64,000 nucleotides of DNA from Octopus vulgaris (Eukaryota): the NCBI GenBank assembly GCA_951406725.2, contig OX597817.1:50406001-50470000 (forward strand). The letters run 5' to 3'. This document shows positions 41,916 to 54,615 of the stretch, piece after piece (position 1 is the first letter of the stretch; each line of letters opens with the position of its first letter). The translations under genes and the position numbers were made by a program. The notes beneath the pieces were generated by a model. That model was not told the origin of the DNA. It worked only from the letters and a program-made list of their open reading frames with translations, and did no database searches.

Positions 41916-42720
41916 GAAATGTATATCTATATGTATATGTGTATGCAGGTACGTGTCTATCTATTCATGCATGTGTGCGCGCGTGTGTGCCCGTGTGTGT
42001 GTGGCGTGTGTCTGCAAGTGAGTATAGATCCGTTATGTTTTCTACATCTACTTATGTGAATATATATACTTCTTTATATACATACTTTAGTTATGAAACT
42101 ATATATCGATTGGAGTCGTATATCCACAGAAGGACCCCTACTGCGATATTAGTCGACTTACGTTTGTAGGTGCTCTCATGCGTTTAATGCGATAAGCCGG
42201 AGTAAAATTACTTGTAATAAAACAATCTTCACAAGTAATTGCAGAAATTACAAGCAGCTTATGCAATCTCTTTAAGAAATATATCATATATGCACCAGGA
42301 GGTATTTGCTTCTTTTTATAGTGAGTAATTACAGATTTAATAAAGAGCATAACTGAAATTAAAATGGGTGCATGGGAAAGGAGAAGTTTTCTGGTTGGTG
42401 CTACACGAATATCAAAGATGAGAGTTAAATATTCAGTTTATAGTATATGGCATATGTTAAATGCTGCAAGTAATAATTGCATTTCTCTATCTTGAATATT
42501 ATGTGCATATAATAAGTAAATATTTTCTAGTATACACACTCGCAAGCACACAGATCTATATGCCAAGTTGAGTTCTCTTTCGACATATACTTCTCTCCCA
42601 TTTTCCGAATTCTTTCTCTACACGTATACACACAATTATGCACGTTAACACCCACGTGAACACTGCAACTACGCACGCACACACACACACTCATATATAT
42701 ATGTATGTATGTATCTCTCT

Positions 42721-42786
<66 letters not shown>

Positions 42787-44196
42787 CTATATATCTGTTA
42801 GTGTGTGCATATATATATGCATGTATGTACGAATGTATGTATGTATTTATGTATGTATATAAGCATGCCTGCATGTATGTATGCATGTATGCGTGTATTT
42901 TTAAATAAATAAATAAATGTTTGTATAACAGACAATTTTTAAAAAAATAACCAGGCCTGATGGAAGTTTTGTTAGTATATTTGTCTAAAATGTATTTGTA
43001 TAAAATATAAGAATTTTTTTCCCATATAAATGTCTGTATTCTTATGTGTTTTTTTCTAATGTAACTATACTTATGTACAAAACAAAAATGAAAAAAAGAA
43101 GAAAAAAAACAGTTAAACATTACTTGAAGAAGCGCCTCATAGCCCAGTGTAGAATATCATTTTAAAAATTTAGGCTGAGATGGAATAGAGGGATAGTCTC
43201 TTGTTACTTCAAAGGTTTGGCTTAATTGCGTTCGACAGACAATCTGACGAATATATTAATATATTTTTACAGGAAGAAATGGGAAAAAAAGACATTAAAA
43301 GTATAAAAGATCAAATTACCAAGAAAAAATTCATAACTACCTCACCAAGGAAAGAAAGAAAAAAAAGAGGCAATTAAGCAAGAGATGATGAAGGTGGAGG
43401 AAGGTAACGGGTTGGACACATCTGACGTGTTCAGTCGTGCTTCATAGATATCATTGCACAAGTCTGTACACCTCAGAACAAAAACTGTTTTCAGCCGCGC
43501 CTCGTGGCCTCGAGTGCAAAGGCATAGCCGCGGAGAATAACATGGCTCTTCGAAGCGAGATGTTTTCTGAAGAGGAATAACAGTGCTGCGACTGTCTTAC
43601 AGTGTATTCACGTTAATTAGGTTATACAGAATGTTTTATTGAAAATAATACTAGTTTTCCAAACGTCAATGCAATTTTACCTAGCCTTCTATTTGCAGCC
43701 CTGTGACTTGTTGTTCGCCGCTTTTGTATATATATAGGAACGAAATTTGTCTAAGAATGCAATGATTGATTGTGGAATAAATACACACAAGCCAGGATGT
43801 AGCGAGCTCATTTCCGTTGCTGGGAGCTTTTCGTCTATTATTGATAAATCTCTGTGTGTTTTATCGTCTATAAGAGATAATAGCTCAGGACGAATAACGT
43901 GATATATAAGGCTCCTAATGACGTATCTACTTTAAGTATGATCTATCTTACTATGTATCAGTCTGTCTGTTTGCCTGCCTGCCTACCTACCTACCTACCT
44001 ACATACATATCATAGATACATACATACATAATATAAAAAAAGGGATTTTGAAAGAAAATTTGATATCATTTATACACGATTACACGTTTCATTTGCTAAC
44101 TAGAATACAAACTACCCACAAACTAAATTGTAATACTGGAATAAGCAGATGTGCTTCAAGAGAACAAACCTTGTATTTTAATAATACCTTCGTAAA

Positions 44197-44231
<35 letters not shown>

Positions 44232-44518
44232 GTTTCGAGTAAGGTATATCCTCATTAGGGATTATATAATCCAAGATATTCCACTGGTTAATCTCTCTCA
44301 TATGATGCGAAAGGCACTGGCATATGTTGGGGATTATTGAAATTATATATCATCAGTTTTAAAGGGAAAAGAAAATGGAGAAAAAATGGATCTATGAAAA
44401 CTTATTTGTATGTTATGAAAGGACGACAATTTCTTTTAAAAAATATAACTGTACAAATAAATTCATTACAAGTTGTAAAGCTCGAAAAAAAAATAAAATA
44501 AAGGAACATACATATATA

Positions 44519-44683
44519 GACGCAGGAGTGGCTGTGTGGTAAGTAGCTTGCTAACCAACCACGTGGTTCCGAGTTCAGTCCCAGTGCGTGGCATCTTGGG
44601 CAAGTGTCTTGTGCTATAGCCCCGGGCCGACCAATTCCTTGTGAGTAGATTTGGTAGACGGAAACTGAAAGAAGCCTGTCGTA

Positions 44684-44758
<75 letters not shown>

Positions 44759-44961
44759 CTGTGTTTGTCCCCCTAGCATTGCTTGACAACCGACGCCGGT
44801 GTGTTTACGTCCCCGTCACCTAGCAGTTCGGCAAAAGAGACCGATAGAATAAGTACTGGGCTTACAAAGAATAAGTCCCGTGGTCGATTTGCTCGACTAA
44901 AGGCGGTGCTCCAGCATGGCCGCAGTCAAATGACTGAAACAAGTAAAAGAGTAAAAGAGTA
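44519..44961 (+). mobile_element. SINE family B, full length and young
   Basis: Family B match. Confidence 0.92.
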
Positions 44962-45805
44962 ATATGTTTCTCCCCTATCACCTAGCTGATCAGAAGTTCG
45001 AAACACTTTGTTAAATCCTAAGAAAGGTATCATATTCTAATTTATGGGATAGAATTTCTTCAGGGTTAATTATGAGCTTATGGAACTTGGGTTATCATTT
45101 TTCTTTTGAAGGATGCATAGTGTTTAAGAAGTTAAAAGCTACATCTAGTAAGTGTATCTAAGAGACGGGTTATATATATTCATGAATATACCATATATTA
45201 GAAGACAAATAAATAAAAAATAAATAAGAAAGATAAAGATTAAAATCAAAAAGTTAAATTATAAAAATAAAAGTAAAAACAAAATAAAATAAAATAAAAT
45301 ATGAATCTATAGATTTTTCTTATTGGTTTGCTAATAGTTTCAGTTGTGGAACGGTACGGATCAGTAGTAATATGTGTCGTAATCAGAATCGAGGATAGAT
45401 AAACGTTTGAAAATACAACATTATAACGTGTACCTAGTAAAACCTGCTTATGAACCTTTATTCATCAGGATATTTAAATGCTTATTTTAGATGAATATAT
45501 TTTGAAGCTGGGACATACAGTATAAATTATTCATATATCCATTTAGTCTCCTTCTTCTTTTTCCTTCAACACACGCATATATATATATATATACATATTT
45601 GTTAAAGGGGACAACAGATATATATCCGCTATAACGAAAATCTACGATGGTTTCATAACTCCCGCCTCGACTATGATCTTGGAGCCCGAGTAATCCACGT
45701 TGCAGCACTTACCCAGCATACCTAGTCGTTTAGAACACCTGTGAACCAACCCCACCGTATTCTGTATATAAATATAAATATAAATACATATATATATAGA
45801 GAGAG

Positions 45806-45865
<60 letters not shown>

Positions 45866-46091
45866 GTGTGTGTGAATGTGTGTGTGTGTGTGTGGCTGGG
45901 CACTCCGTCGATTACGACGACTAGTGTTCCGGTTGGTTTGGCGAAAGGCGCAGCCAATTCTTGAAATTGATATGCAAATGATAGAACTCTCCAAAATCAG
46001 TCGTGCTTGTAATGTAGTTGTTAGTGAGATTCAATGTCAGACACCGAATGAGACTAGGTTGGCCTATTGAACTATAGGTACAACCCATTAA

Positions 46092-46498
46092 GGCGGTGAG
46101 CTGGCAGAAACGTTAACACGCCGGGCGAAATGCGTAGCCGTATTTCGTCTGTCGTTACGTTGTGAGTTCAAATTCCGCCGAGGTCGACTTTGCCTTTTAT
46201 CCTTTCTGGGTCGATAAATTAAGTACCAATTATGCACCAATTAATCGACTTAATACTTATGTCTGTCCTTGTTTGTTCTCTTTATGTTTAGCCCTTTGTG
46301 GGTAGTAAAGAAATAGGTATTTCGTCTGCCGTTACGTTCTGAGTTCAAATTCCGCCGTGGTCGACTTTGCCTTTCATCCTTTCCAGGTCGATTAAATAAG
46401 TACCAGTTACGCACTGGGGCCGATATAATCGACTTAATCCGTTTGTCTGTCCTTGTTTGTCCTCTCTACGTTTAGCCCCTTGTGGGCAATAAAGAAAT
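46092..46498 (+). mobile_element. SINE family A partial dimer, with TSD, nested in an older minus-strand CORE-like SINE
   Basis: A full unit is followed by a 5'-clipped second unit from about 46316. TATAGGT(A/G)CAAC(C/T)CATT occurs at 46073-46089 and 46500-46516. Confidence 0.88.
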
Positions 46499-46680
46499 AT
46501 ATAGGTGCAACTCATTTTTTACAAGCCGGGTCGTTTAGAGCAACATGAAATAAAGGCTCTTTGCCTTGCGCTAGGACACTACGTGCCCCTGCGAATCGAT
46601 CACATGATCATAAACTGGATACACTTAACATAAATACACGCCGCACCTTCACTCTCTCTTTCACACACATGGCGTGTGCA

Positions 46681-46747
<67 letters not shown>

Positions 46748-46959
46748 AACTCCGTCACCTTCGGTATATATATATATATGTTATCGACCTTACCTACTTT
46801 CCGGTTTGTATTTCAAGCTTTCATCTTTTGAAGTAGGGTTTTGCTGTTCCCCTATCTCATTACGTCTATTCCTTGTCTTGTCGTATTATCTTCTGTAGCA
46901 TCATTATCAATACCGTCAACTTCGTCAACGTCATGCGCTCGTTTCCATATCAATTTCGT

Positions 46960-46960
46960 T

Positions 46961-47007
<47 letters not shown>

Positions 47008-47082
47008 TATCATCATCGTCACTATCATCATCGTCATCATCATCATCATCATTATTATCATCATCATCATCGTCATCATCAC

Positions 47083-47151
<69 letters not shown>

Positions 47152-47188
47152 TATCATCATCGTCATCATCATCGTCATCAACGTCATT

Positions 47189-47224
<36 letters not shown>

Positions 47225-47283
47225 GTCATCATTCTCCCCTTTCTGATCCTTATCATCATTATTATCATCATCATCATCATCAC
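46960..47283. repeat. (CAT)n microsatellite
   Basis: Direct reading of the sequence. Confidence 0.95.
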
Positions 47284-47648
47284 CGTTGTCGTCGTGATCT
47301 TCGTAGTCACCGTTTTCACTGTCGAACATCAAAAGCATCGCCAAACAAACTAAAGTTCTAATCATAAGTACGAACATACCATAGTATCAATAACAACACT
47401 GTTTTCACTGCCACGATTATCATGTTCCTGTTGCTACAGTTGATGCTGATGATGAGGATGTTTGTTTTCCTTTTATCCTAATGATGAGAAGAAAGTGTTT
47501 TTTGTAAAGTGACAATTTTTCAGTATATATTCCTATCTTCTGGATAACACACAAACACAACCGCGTACACATGCATACACACACACATCTACAGAAAGGT
47601 AGATACATATAGTATATACATATATACAGAGAGAGAGAGAGAGAGAGA

Positions 47649-47812
47649 GGCGCAGGCGTAGCTGTGTAGTAAGAAGCTTGCTTCCCAATCATATGGTTCC
47701 GTGTTCAGTTCCACTGCGTAGCAACTTGCATAAGTGTCTTCTACTATAGCCTCGAGCCGAGCAAAGCATTGTGAAAGGATTTGTAGACGGAAGCTGAAAG
47801 AAACCTGTCGTA
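47649..47812 (+). mobile_element. SINE family B, 5' half
   Basis: Stops at its internal (TA)n, where a Penelope-like element begins. Confidence 0.85.
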
Positions 47813-47833
47813 TATATATATATATATATATAT

Positions 47834-48550
47834 CAGCAACACTTTAGATTCAAATGAATATGGTACTTATTTTAGATGCACCAGAATTTTGTATGGTGTT
47901 ACCCATAAAAATATGCGAGGTGATTATAATCAAAAATAAGCAACAAGGATGAATCCGGTAATTTAGTACAATTGTTTCATACTACAACATTTTATTAAAA
48001 GCTGTATATATTACAGCATATTTAAGATGCTGAGTAATCTTCAGCTAATTTATATAGGTTTTCCAATAATATAAAAGTTTTCAAATCAATTAATAATATC
48101 TTAGGGAAGGTAAATATACAGATAAGGATGTAGATATGAATCTAAGGAACATGAGGTCGTGTGGTTCAGATGCTAACTGACCAAAACTTTGCTTATAACT
48201 GACTGCTGTAAGAAAATTTCTTTAGTTATAAAGATTAGGGTAAGGGCAGGTAAAGAATTCAAGTTAGTTGTAGAAAGAGGAGGAAATTCAGGATACATAA
48301 AGGAAGTTCAGGTTGTCATTAGAACAAAATGTCAATTAATCTATGTGGTGACAAGAAACTTAGGTCAGTGTAGAGAGTTCATTAAATTCTTAGGAACATA
48401 TGAGGTTGTAGATCAGATACTAACTGACCAAACCCCTACTTGCAACTGAAAGCTATAAGAATTTTTAAGTTATAGGAATTTGGGTAAAAGGAGGTATTAG
48501 AATACCGTAAAAGGGATTTAAGTTAGTTGCAGAAAAAGGAAGAATTTAGA
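47834..48550 (-). mobile_element. Penelope-like 3' region/pseudo-LTR with an internal ~245-bp-period duplication
   Basis: Same terminus as 21980 and 62826. Contains a hammerhead motif. AGGAACAT..GAGGT..CAGAT.CTAACTGACCAAAAC occurs at about 48145 and 48392. Confidence 0.65.
47963..48048 (-). ncRNA. Type I hammerhead ribozyme motif
   Basis: Minus strand reads TTAG-CTGAAGA-tTACTCAGCAT..ATGTTGtAGTAt-GAAAC-AATT-GTA-CTAA. Stem III is the palindrome ACAATTGT. Confidence 0.65.
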
Positions 48551-48624
48551 ATGAGAGCATGAATGAGAGCATGAATGAGAGCATGAATCCCAGTCTCGTA
48601 AAATTCTGTTGACTGTTCTTTGAG

Positions 48625-48930
48625 CCACTTCTTCGTTATCGCCACACTCACCAGATTTAGTGCCTTCAGACTATCATCTCTTCGGCGCCACGAAAGGGGG
48701 TTTGAGAGGATAACATTATTCCAGTAACGAAGAAGTGAAAATTGTATTGAAGAAGTGGCTCAAAGAACAGTCAACAGAATTTTACGGAGCAGGGATACAT
48801 GCTCTCATTCAAAGATGGAACGTTGCTATTGAGAGAAACTGTGACTATGTTGAGAAGTAAGGATGTGATCCACAGAGGAGCAGCTTCCTTTTGATGTATG
48901 ATACATGTTCCTGTGTTGGTAATTATACTT
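48625..48930 (+). mobile_element. C-terminal fragment of a second mariner transposase
   Basis: SPHSPDLVPSDYHLFGATKGGLRG*HYSSNEEVKIVLKKWLKEQSTEFYGAGIHALIQRWNVAIERNCDYVEK*, read from about 48639-48860. Not in the ORF track. Confidence 0.85.
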
Positions 48931-49199
48931 GTCTTAAACAAAATGACGTGAAAATGTTATTTGTGCAGTGAACATCATGAATGAAAGCGATGAGTTGCAT
49001 ATTTACTCTTAATACGTACCGGTACATTCAAACGCAACTATGCTAGTTGATGTTGTGTATGTCACAGGAGAGAATCTCCTCCCCTTCATAACGAAAGTGT
49101 GTTCGTAATACACTCATCTCATTGTGTAATGGATTCTAAGACTTGTTTCGATGTGTGTCTCGTCGGATAAAATCATTTATAACATTTATTTCGGCACTT

Positions 49200-49865
49200 T
49201 ACTTTTTATGATCAATTTCCATCGCCGTCAACCTTGCTTTTCTCTCTTTCGGGTTTGATGAAATAAAGTACTAATCACGTACTGGAATCAATGGAATTGA
49301 AAAACATCCTGTCCTCGAGATTCTTAACGTTGTGCATAAGTTAGACAATATGAAGGGCAGAGAATTGACAAAACCGTTTGAGTATCAGAAATTCTAGTGT
49401 TAATCATTTCGGCTCTTTACGTTTTGAAACAAACTCTTAAATTCGACCACATTCACATTGGCTCTCATTTATTCGGAGTGAATAAAATAAAGTACCAGTG
49501 AAACACTAAATTCAGTGATATCGACAAACAGCTTCCCTTCAAAATCGTTGTCTAGAAGCCCAAATTATAAACCGTTATTATGAGGGATGTATTCAGCAGT
49601 TTTAACAGAGTCCATGCAACAGTTACAAATATGTTTTTTTAATAGAAGCAAAGCGTTGATCTTACAAAATCGCTGCGGCAGTAGACAAAATGACTAACGG
49701 TATTTCTCGTTAGTCTTTCTGTCCTCAGTTCAGATCCTGCAAAGGTCGATTTTGCTTTATATCCTTTCGGAATTTATAAAATTAGTATGATAAGTACCAG
49801 TTGAACACTGGAGTCGGTGTAATTCTCAAATTACTGGCCTTGTGCCGAAATTTGAAACCATATAA
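49200..49865 (+). mobile_element. Cluster of old SINE family A relics
   Basis: Repeated degenerate TTTCGG..GAT/AATAAAATAA.GTACCAG..AACACTGGAGTC motifs. Confidence 0.55.
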
Positions 49866-50516
49866 GCTGGCAAGAAGTGTTATCACGTACAACAAAATCT
49901 TTCCGCTTGTATATCGGCAAAAATGAGAAAATATGTATTCAAAAAACAGCATTAATTTCACGTTAAAGGGCAAAAAAATTCAGCGTATTAATAACTTGAA
50001 TAATCTGCTTTAAAATGTACGTTATCATATATTAAAACTAAATTGTATTAACTATATAACATATATACGTAGATAGAACCCATTCCAGTATTAGAGGCTG
50101 TATCAAAATTAATTTCTATCTTATATAAATGCTAATCTTAGATAGCATGGAAAGAATGATGCCTAAGGGATATGTATTTTAAGAAGAAAATGAAATCTCT
50201 TTTTATATTCGTAACTTCTACGAAAACATTTCCAAATATAAATAGTATATATGAAATGGTTTTCAGAATTAATCTACTTGAAAAGAACTAAAAGTACATT
50301 TTGGATTACAGTTTTTAAAAATATGATATATTTAAATTATATTTAGATGAACAGGCGCAGGCATGGCTGTGTGCGCGTGTAAGTGTGTGTAAGAAAAAAG
50401 TTTGGTCGCAACTACGTTGCTCCGAGTTCAGGGCCCACAGTTGTGACACTGTAGGATTGCACCGGCTAATGAATTTTGGCTGAAACTGCGAGGAGGCGAA
50501 AATTCTGTAGAAGTCC

Positions 50517-50563
<47 letters not shown>

Positions 50564-50804
50564 AAGTAAGTAAATGGCACAACGAAGCACCGATATTTAC
50601 TAGAAAATAGCGAACGTAATAAATACGACGCTAACGTATAGCTTCACTGCGTATGTACTAATAAAGATGCGTGTGTGCAACAAACATGAAAAAAATTGTC
50701 TTACTTCTAGGAAGAACATCTGAAAAATAAAAAACCTAGAAACGGATAATGCAGGACTGGTTTCAGACTCTCCAAAATACGTCTGCCAACGTATATTTGA
50801 TTTG

Positions 50805-50865
<61 letters not shown>

Positions 50866-51091
50866 ATATATATATATATATATCAGTTCTATATAAATTC
50901 TGCAGAAGTTCGTTATATATATATATATATACCAATTAAGGACTGAACACGAAAAAGTGGACAGTCAACATGCTAGATATAGACGTCAAATCGCCATTCT
51001 CCACAAACATTTTGTTCTCAAATAAAATAAAATTCAGCACGACCTAAAGCAATAGATAAGACAAAAGAAATATACGAAATGGAATAATCAC

Positions 51092-51153
51092 CTGCGTACC
51101 GAACTGTTTCAGCTATTAATATCACAAGGATACCTGTAGCTTCGTCAGCGCAG
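51092..51153 (-). ncRNA. Type I hammerhead ribozyme motif (intact core)
   Basis: CTGCG-CTGACGA-AGCTA..TAGCT-GAAAC-AGTTCG-GTA-CGCAG. Confidence 0.75.
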
Positions 51154-51538
51154 TTTGTTACGAGCATAATATGCTGTACTAGATGAAAAACGGTACGGAG
51201 TCCCGTATGCAAAAAGTACAACCTATTAAGTTCGGATGTATTTTTCAAATGCCTTTACTTTTGGCGCGCTGAGACTCGAAAAACCAGCCTGCAGCTAATA
51301 ATTAGCAGCAGTCAATTTATCGGTTTGAGAACATATATTTCATATTTAAAAATTAAGGGTAAAAATTGATATTAGTCAATTAAAACCAGTGGTCTAGCAC
51401 ATTAAAAGAATCCGAAGATTAAAATATTTATATATACCAATTAAGGACTGAACACGAAAAAGTGGACAGTCAACATGCTAGATATAGACGTCAAATCGCC
51501 ATTCTCCATCTGGTACAGCATATTATGCTCATAACAAA

Positions 51539-51600
51539 CTGCGCTGACGAAGCTACAGATATCCTTGTGATATTAATAGCTGAAACCGTTCGGTACGCAG
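51539..51600 (+). ncRNA. Type I hammerhead ribozyme motif (intact core, predicted cleavage after A51595)
   Basis: CTGCG-CTGACGA-AGCTA(21 nt)TAGCT-GAAAC-CGTTCG-GTA-CGCAG, with 5-bp stem I, 5-bp stem II and short stem III ACCG/CGGT. Confidence 0.8.
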
Positions 51601-51874
51601 GTGATTATTCCATTTCGTATATTTCTTTTGTCGTATCTATTGCTTTAGGTCGTGCTGAATTTTATTTTATTTGAGAACAAAATGTTTGTGGAGAATGGCG
51701 ATTTGACGTCTATATCTAGCATGTTGACTGTCCACTTTTTCGTGTTCAGTCCTTAATTGGTATATATAAATATTTTAATCTTCGGATTCTTTTTAATGTG
51801 CTAGACCACTGGTTTTAATTGACTAGTATCAATTTTACCCTTAATTTTTAAATATATATATATATATATATACT

Positions 51875-52315
51875 ATTTCTGATGTGGGTAATAACTTCGG
51901 CGTTAGCTCCACAAAGTCGACAACAGTTTTCAAATTTTCCTGCTTTTCCTGCATCTCTATCCATTTTGTTAATCAGGTATTTAGTTGATAATTCCTATTC
52001 CTAGATTGCAAATGCATACCCTTCAAAGTGGGAGGCAGCAATCCGGTTACTGGTCCATGATAGACTCTTTGATGATGAATGTTACTATCATCTCGGAGCT
52101 TTCTACTAACATCTCCATGCATAATCTTCTCCCCATACACGATGATCCTTTCATCTGATGATACGTTGCGGTAGAGTCGTGCGACTTCTTTGGGCATGTA
52201 CTGTACGTTATCAGGCAAGGAATGCTGCTCAAGGAGCTGCTTTCCAGGTTTCATGATATTAGCAGCCTCAAGTATGCAAACTTGGTCAAAGGATGCACTT
52301 CGACACTTGGTCGCG
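51875..52315 (-). mobile_element. Internal fragment of an R4-type non-LTR ORF (linker and degenerate CCHC region) next to (TATG)n
   Basis: EAANIMKPGKQLLEQHSL..KIMHG.VSRKL, then after a frameshift SLSWT....SHFEGYAFAI*EQ-like text and CRLCGANAEVITHI. Confidence 0.65.
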
Positions 52316-52507
52316 TATGTATATACATATGTATGTATACATACACGCATGTAAGTATGTATGTATTCATGTATGCATGTATGTATGTATGAATGTATGT
52401 ATTTGTTTTCAGCATTATACGTTTATGTGAGATCACTTAAAGTGAATGTTGCATTAATAGAGTCTTCTAACGATGTATTCACGTTCAGCAGGATATAAAG
52501 ATAGCCA

Positions 52508-52932
<425 letters not shown>

Positions 52933-53284
52933 AGCATAAATATATACATGCATAAATATATACAAACATTGATGGATGAGTAGCAGGATGTACGATTTTT
53001 GCGGAAAAAAGAATGCACGAAGATTATATAATGGCAGCACCAACAACGAAATTGAGCTTTTCTGCATCAAAACTCTTTTTCAGACTGCCATAGAAGGTAT
53101 CGGAGGCATCAATTTACCAATATTGATGAAAGCAGCATGGAAACTATTTTACCAACGAAGCAAGTAACCACTTGTATGCAGCTATTTGTCACAGATGAAG
53201 TAAAAGCTACTTTGCAGTAGAGTGTTAGCAGATGTAGGTTGAGAATATATTAAGGTACTGCAGAGTCTCACCGCTTCCGAATGT

Positions 53285-53342
<58 letters not shown>

Positions 53343-54079
53343 TATGAAAGAAAGAAAGAAAAGAAAAAGCATTGAGCTTTGTTCACACCCACAGTGATAG
53401 AGAGCACCGAATGCATGAACAACTACAGAAAAGGAACAATAAAGAACATCGGAAAGAGATTATAAGCTAGCAAATAACGGGAGAGTGAATGGAAAAAGAG
53501 AGGAGGGTCAGATGCTTCTGTTGGGTATTAAGCAATAGATCACTCGGTAGTACAGAACTGGACAACTGATAAGAAATTGTGAATGCAAAAACAAAACAAA
53601 AAATGAAAATAAAATCCCTAATAAAAGGAATCTTATAAAAATATGCTACCGGTTTCAGTTTTAGTTGAATATTCAAACTTGAAGAGAATGGAAAATAAAT
53701 TGAAATCATTTAATGATTCGTGATATCAATTTGTCGATTCACATGATGCTGGTTGTGTGCCCCGCAATCAACAGTAGGAAACTAACCTGTAGCACCTGAA
53801 TTTTACCATAATAATATACGAACTCAATAAACTTATAAATGATAAATTTGATTTGTGTCAAATCCCACGGATTCAAAAAGTAACATCTATATAGCAGTCA
53901 ATGATAACAATGGCAGAATCCTTTGAACTGAAGACCAAACTGTCTGATGATTGGGCACTGTACTTCCAATAGACGACAACTAGTTAGATCCAGTCGTAAC
54001 TATACTGTCTTAAGCAAGCCCCCTCAGATGCTTATAAACATGGAATCAAAGTATATATGTATGAAATGCTTAAATGGTA

Positions 54080-54247
54080 CAGTTTTATATTTAAGAGATG
54101 AGGAAGTATGTACATTATTTACATTATTTATATTTGACGGATATTTGTCGACGTCTTCTTTGTTGTTAACACAAGGTTTCCAGCCTTCATCAGGTGTCTT
54201 GGGGAAATTTCGAACATGGGTTCTCATACCTAAGGTATTTTTCGATG

Positions 54248-54316
<69 letters not shown>

Positions 54317-54349
54317 TCCCAAGATTTTGAGTTCGATTCCAGGTAGAGA

Positions 54350-54418
<69 letters not shown>

Positions 54419-54615
54419 CAACAACAACAACAACAACAACAATAATAATAATAATAATAAAAACATCGAAAAATACCTTAGGAATGAGAGTCCAGATTCG
54501 AAATTATTTCCACAAGACACCTGATGAAGGCTAGAGCGTATATCAGCCGATAAGTCGTATTAACAACAAACAAGATGAAGATAAATATCCATCAAATGTA
54601 AATTATGTAAATAAT
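54080..54615. mobile_element. Fold-back element: inverted arms 54114-54318 and 54348-54615 containing (ATT)n/(AAT)n and hammerhead remnants, with a B-box in the 29-nt loop
   Basis: CCTAAGGTATTTTTCGATGTT pairs with AACATCGAAAAATACCTTAGG, and CCTTCATCAGGTGTCTTG pairs with CAAGACACCTGATGAAGG. GTTCGATTCC lies at 54331-54340. Confidence 0.75.

Larger units (their letters stand above)
50929..51855 (-). mobile_element. Non-autonomous Penelope-like element made of pseudo-LTRs: two direct partial copies plus one inverted ~350-bp copy, between (TA)n runs
   Basis: 50929-51185 and 51341-51508 share ATACCAATTAAGGACTGAACACG..CGCCATTCTCCA. 51506-51855 is the near-perfect reverse complement of their union. 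Confidence 0.8.

Noticed and set aside
46841-47377. Poly-His, poly-Asp and poly-Met ORFs
   Set aside because: A (CAT)n repeat open in several frames on both strands.
51018-51674. Duplicated ORFs 'HLVQHIML.TNCADEAT..AETVRYAG'
   Set aside because: Chance frames across the hammerhead-containing inverted repeat; ADEA and ETV are simply CTGACGA and GAAAC translated.
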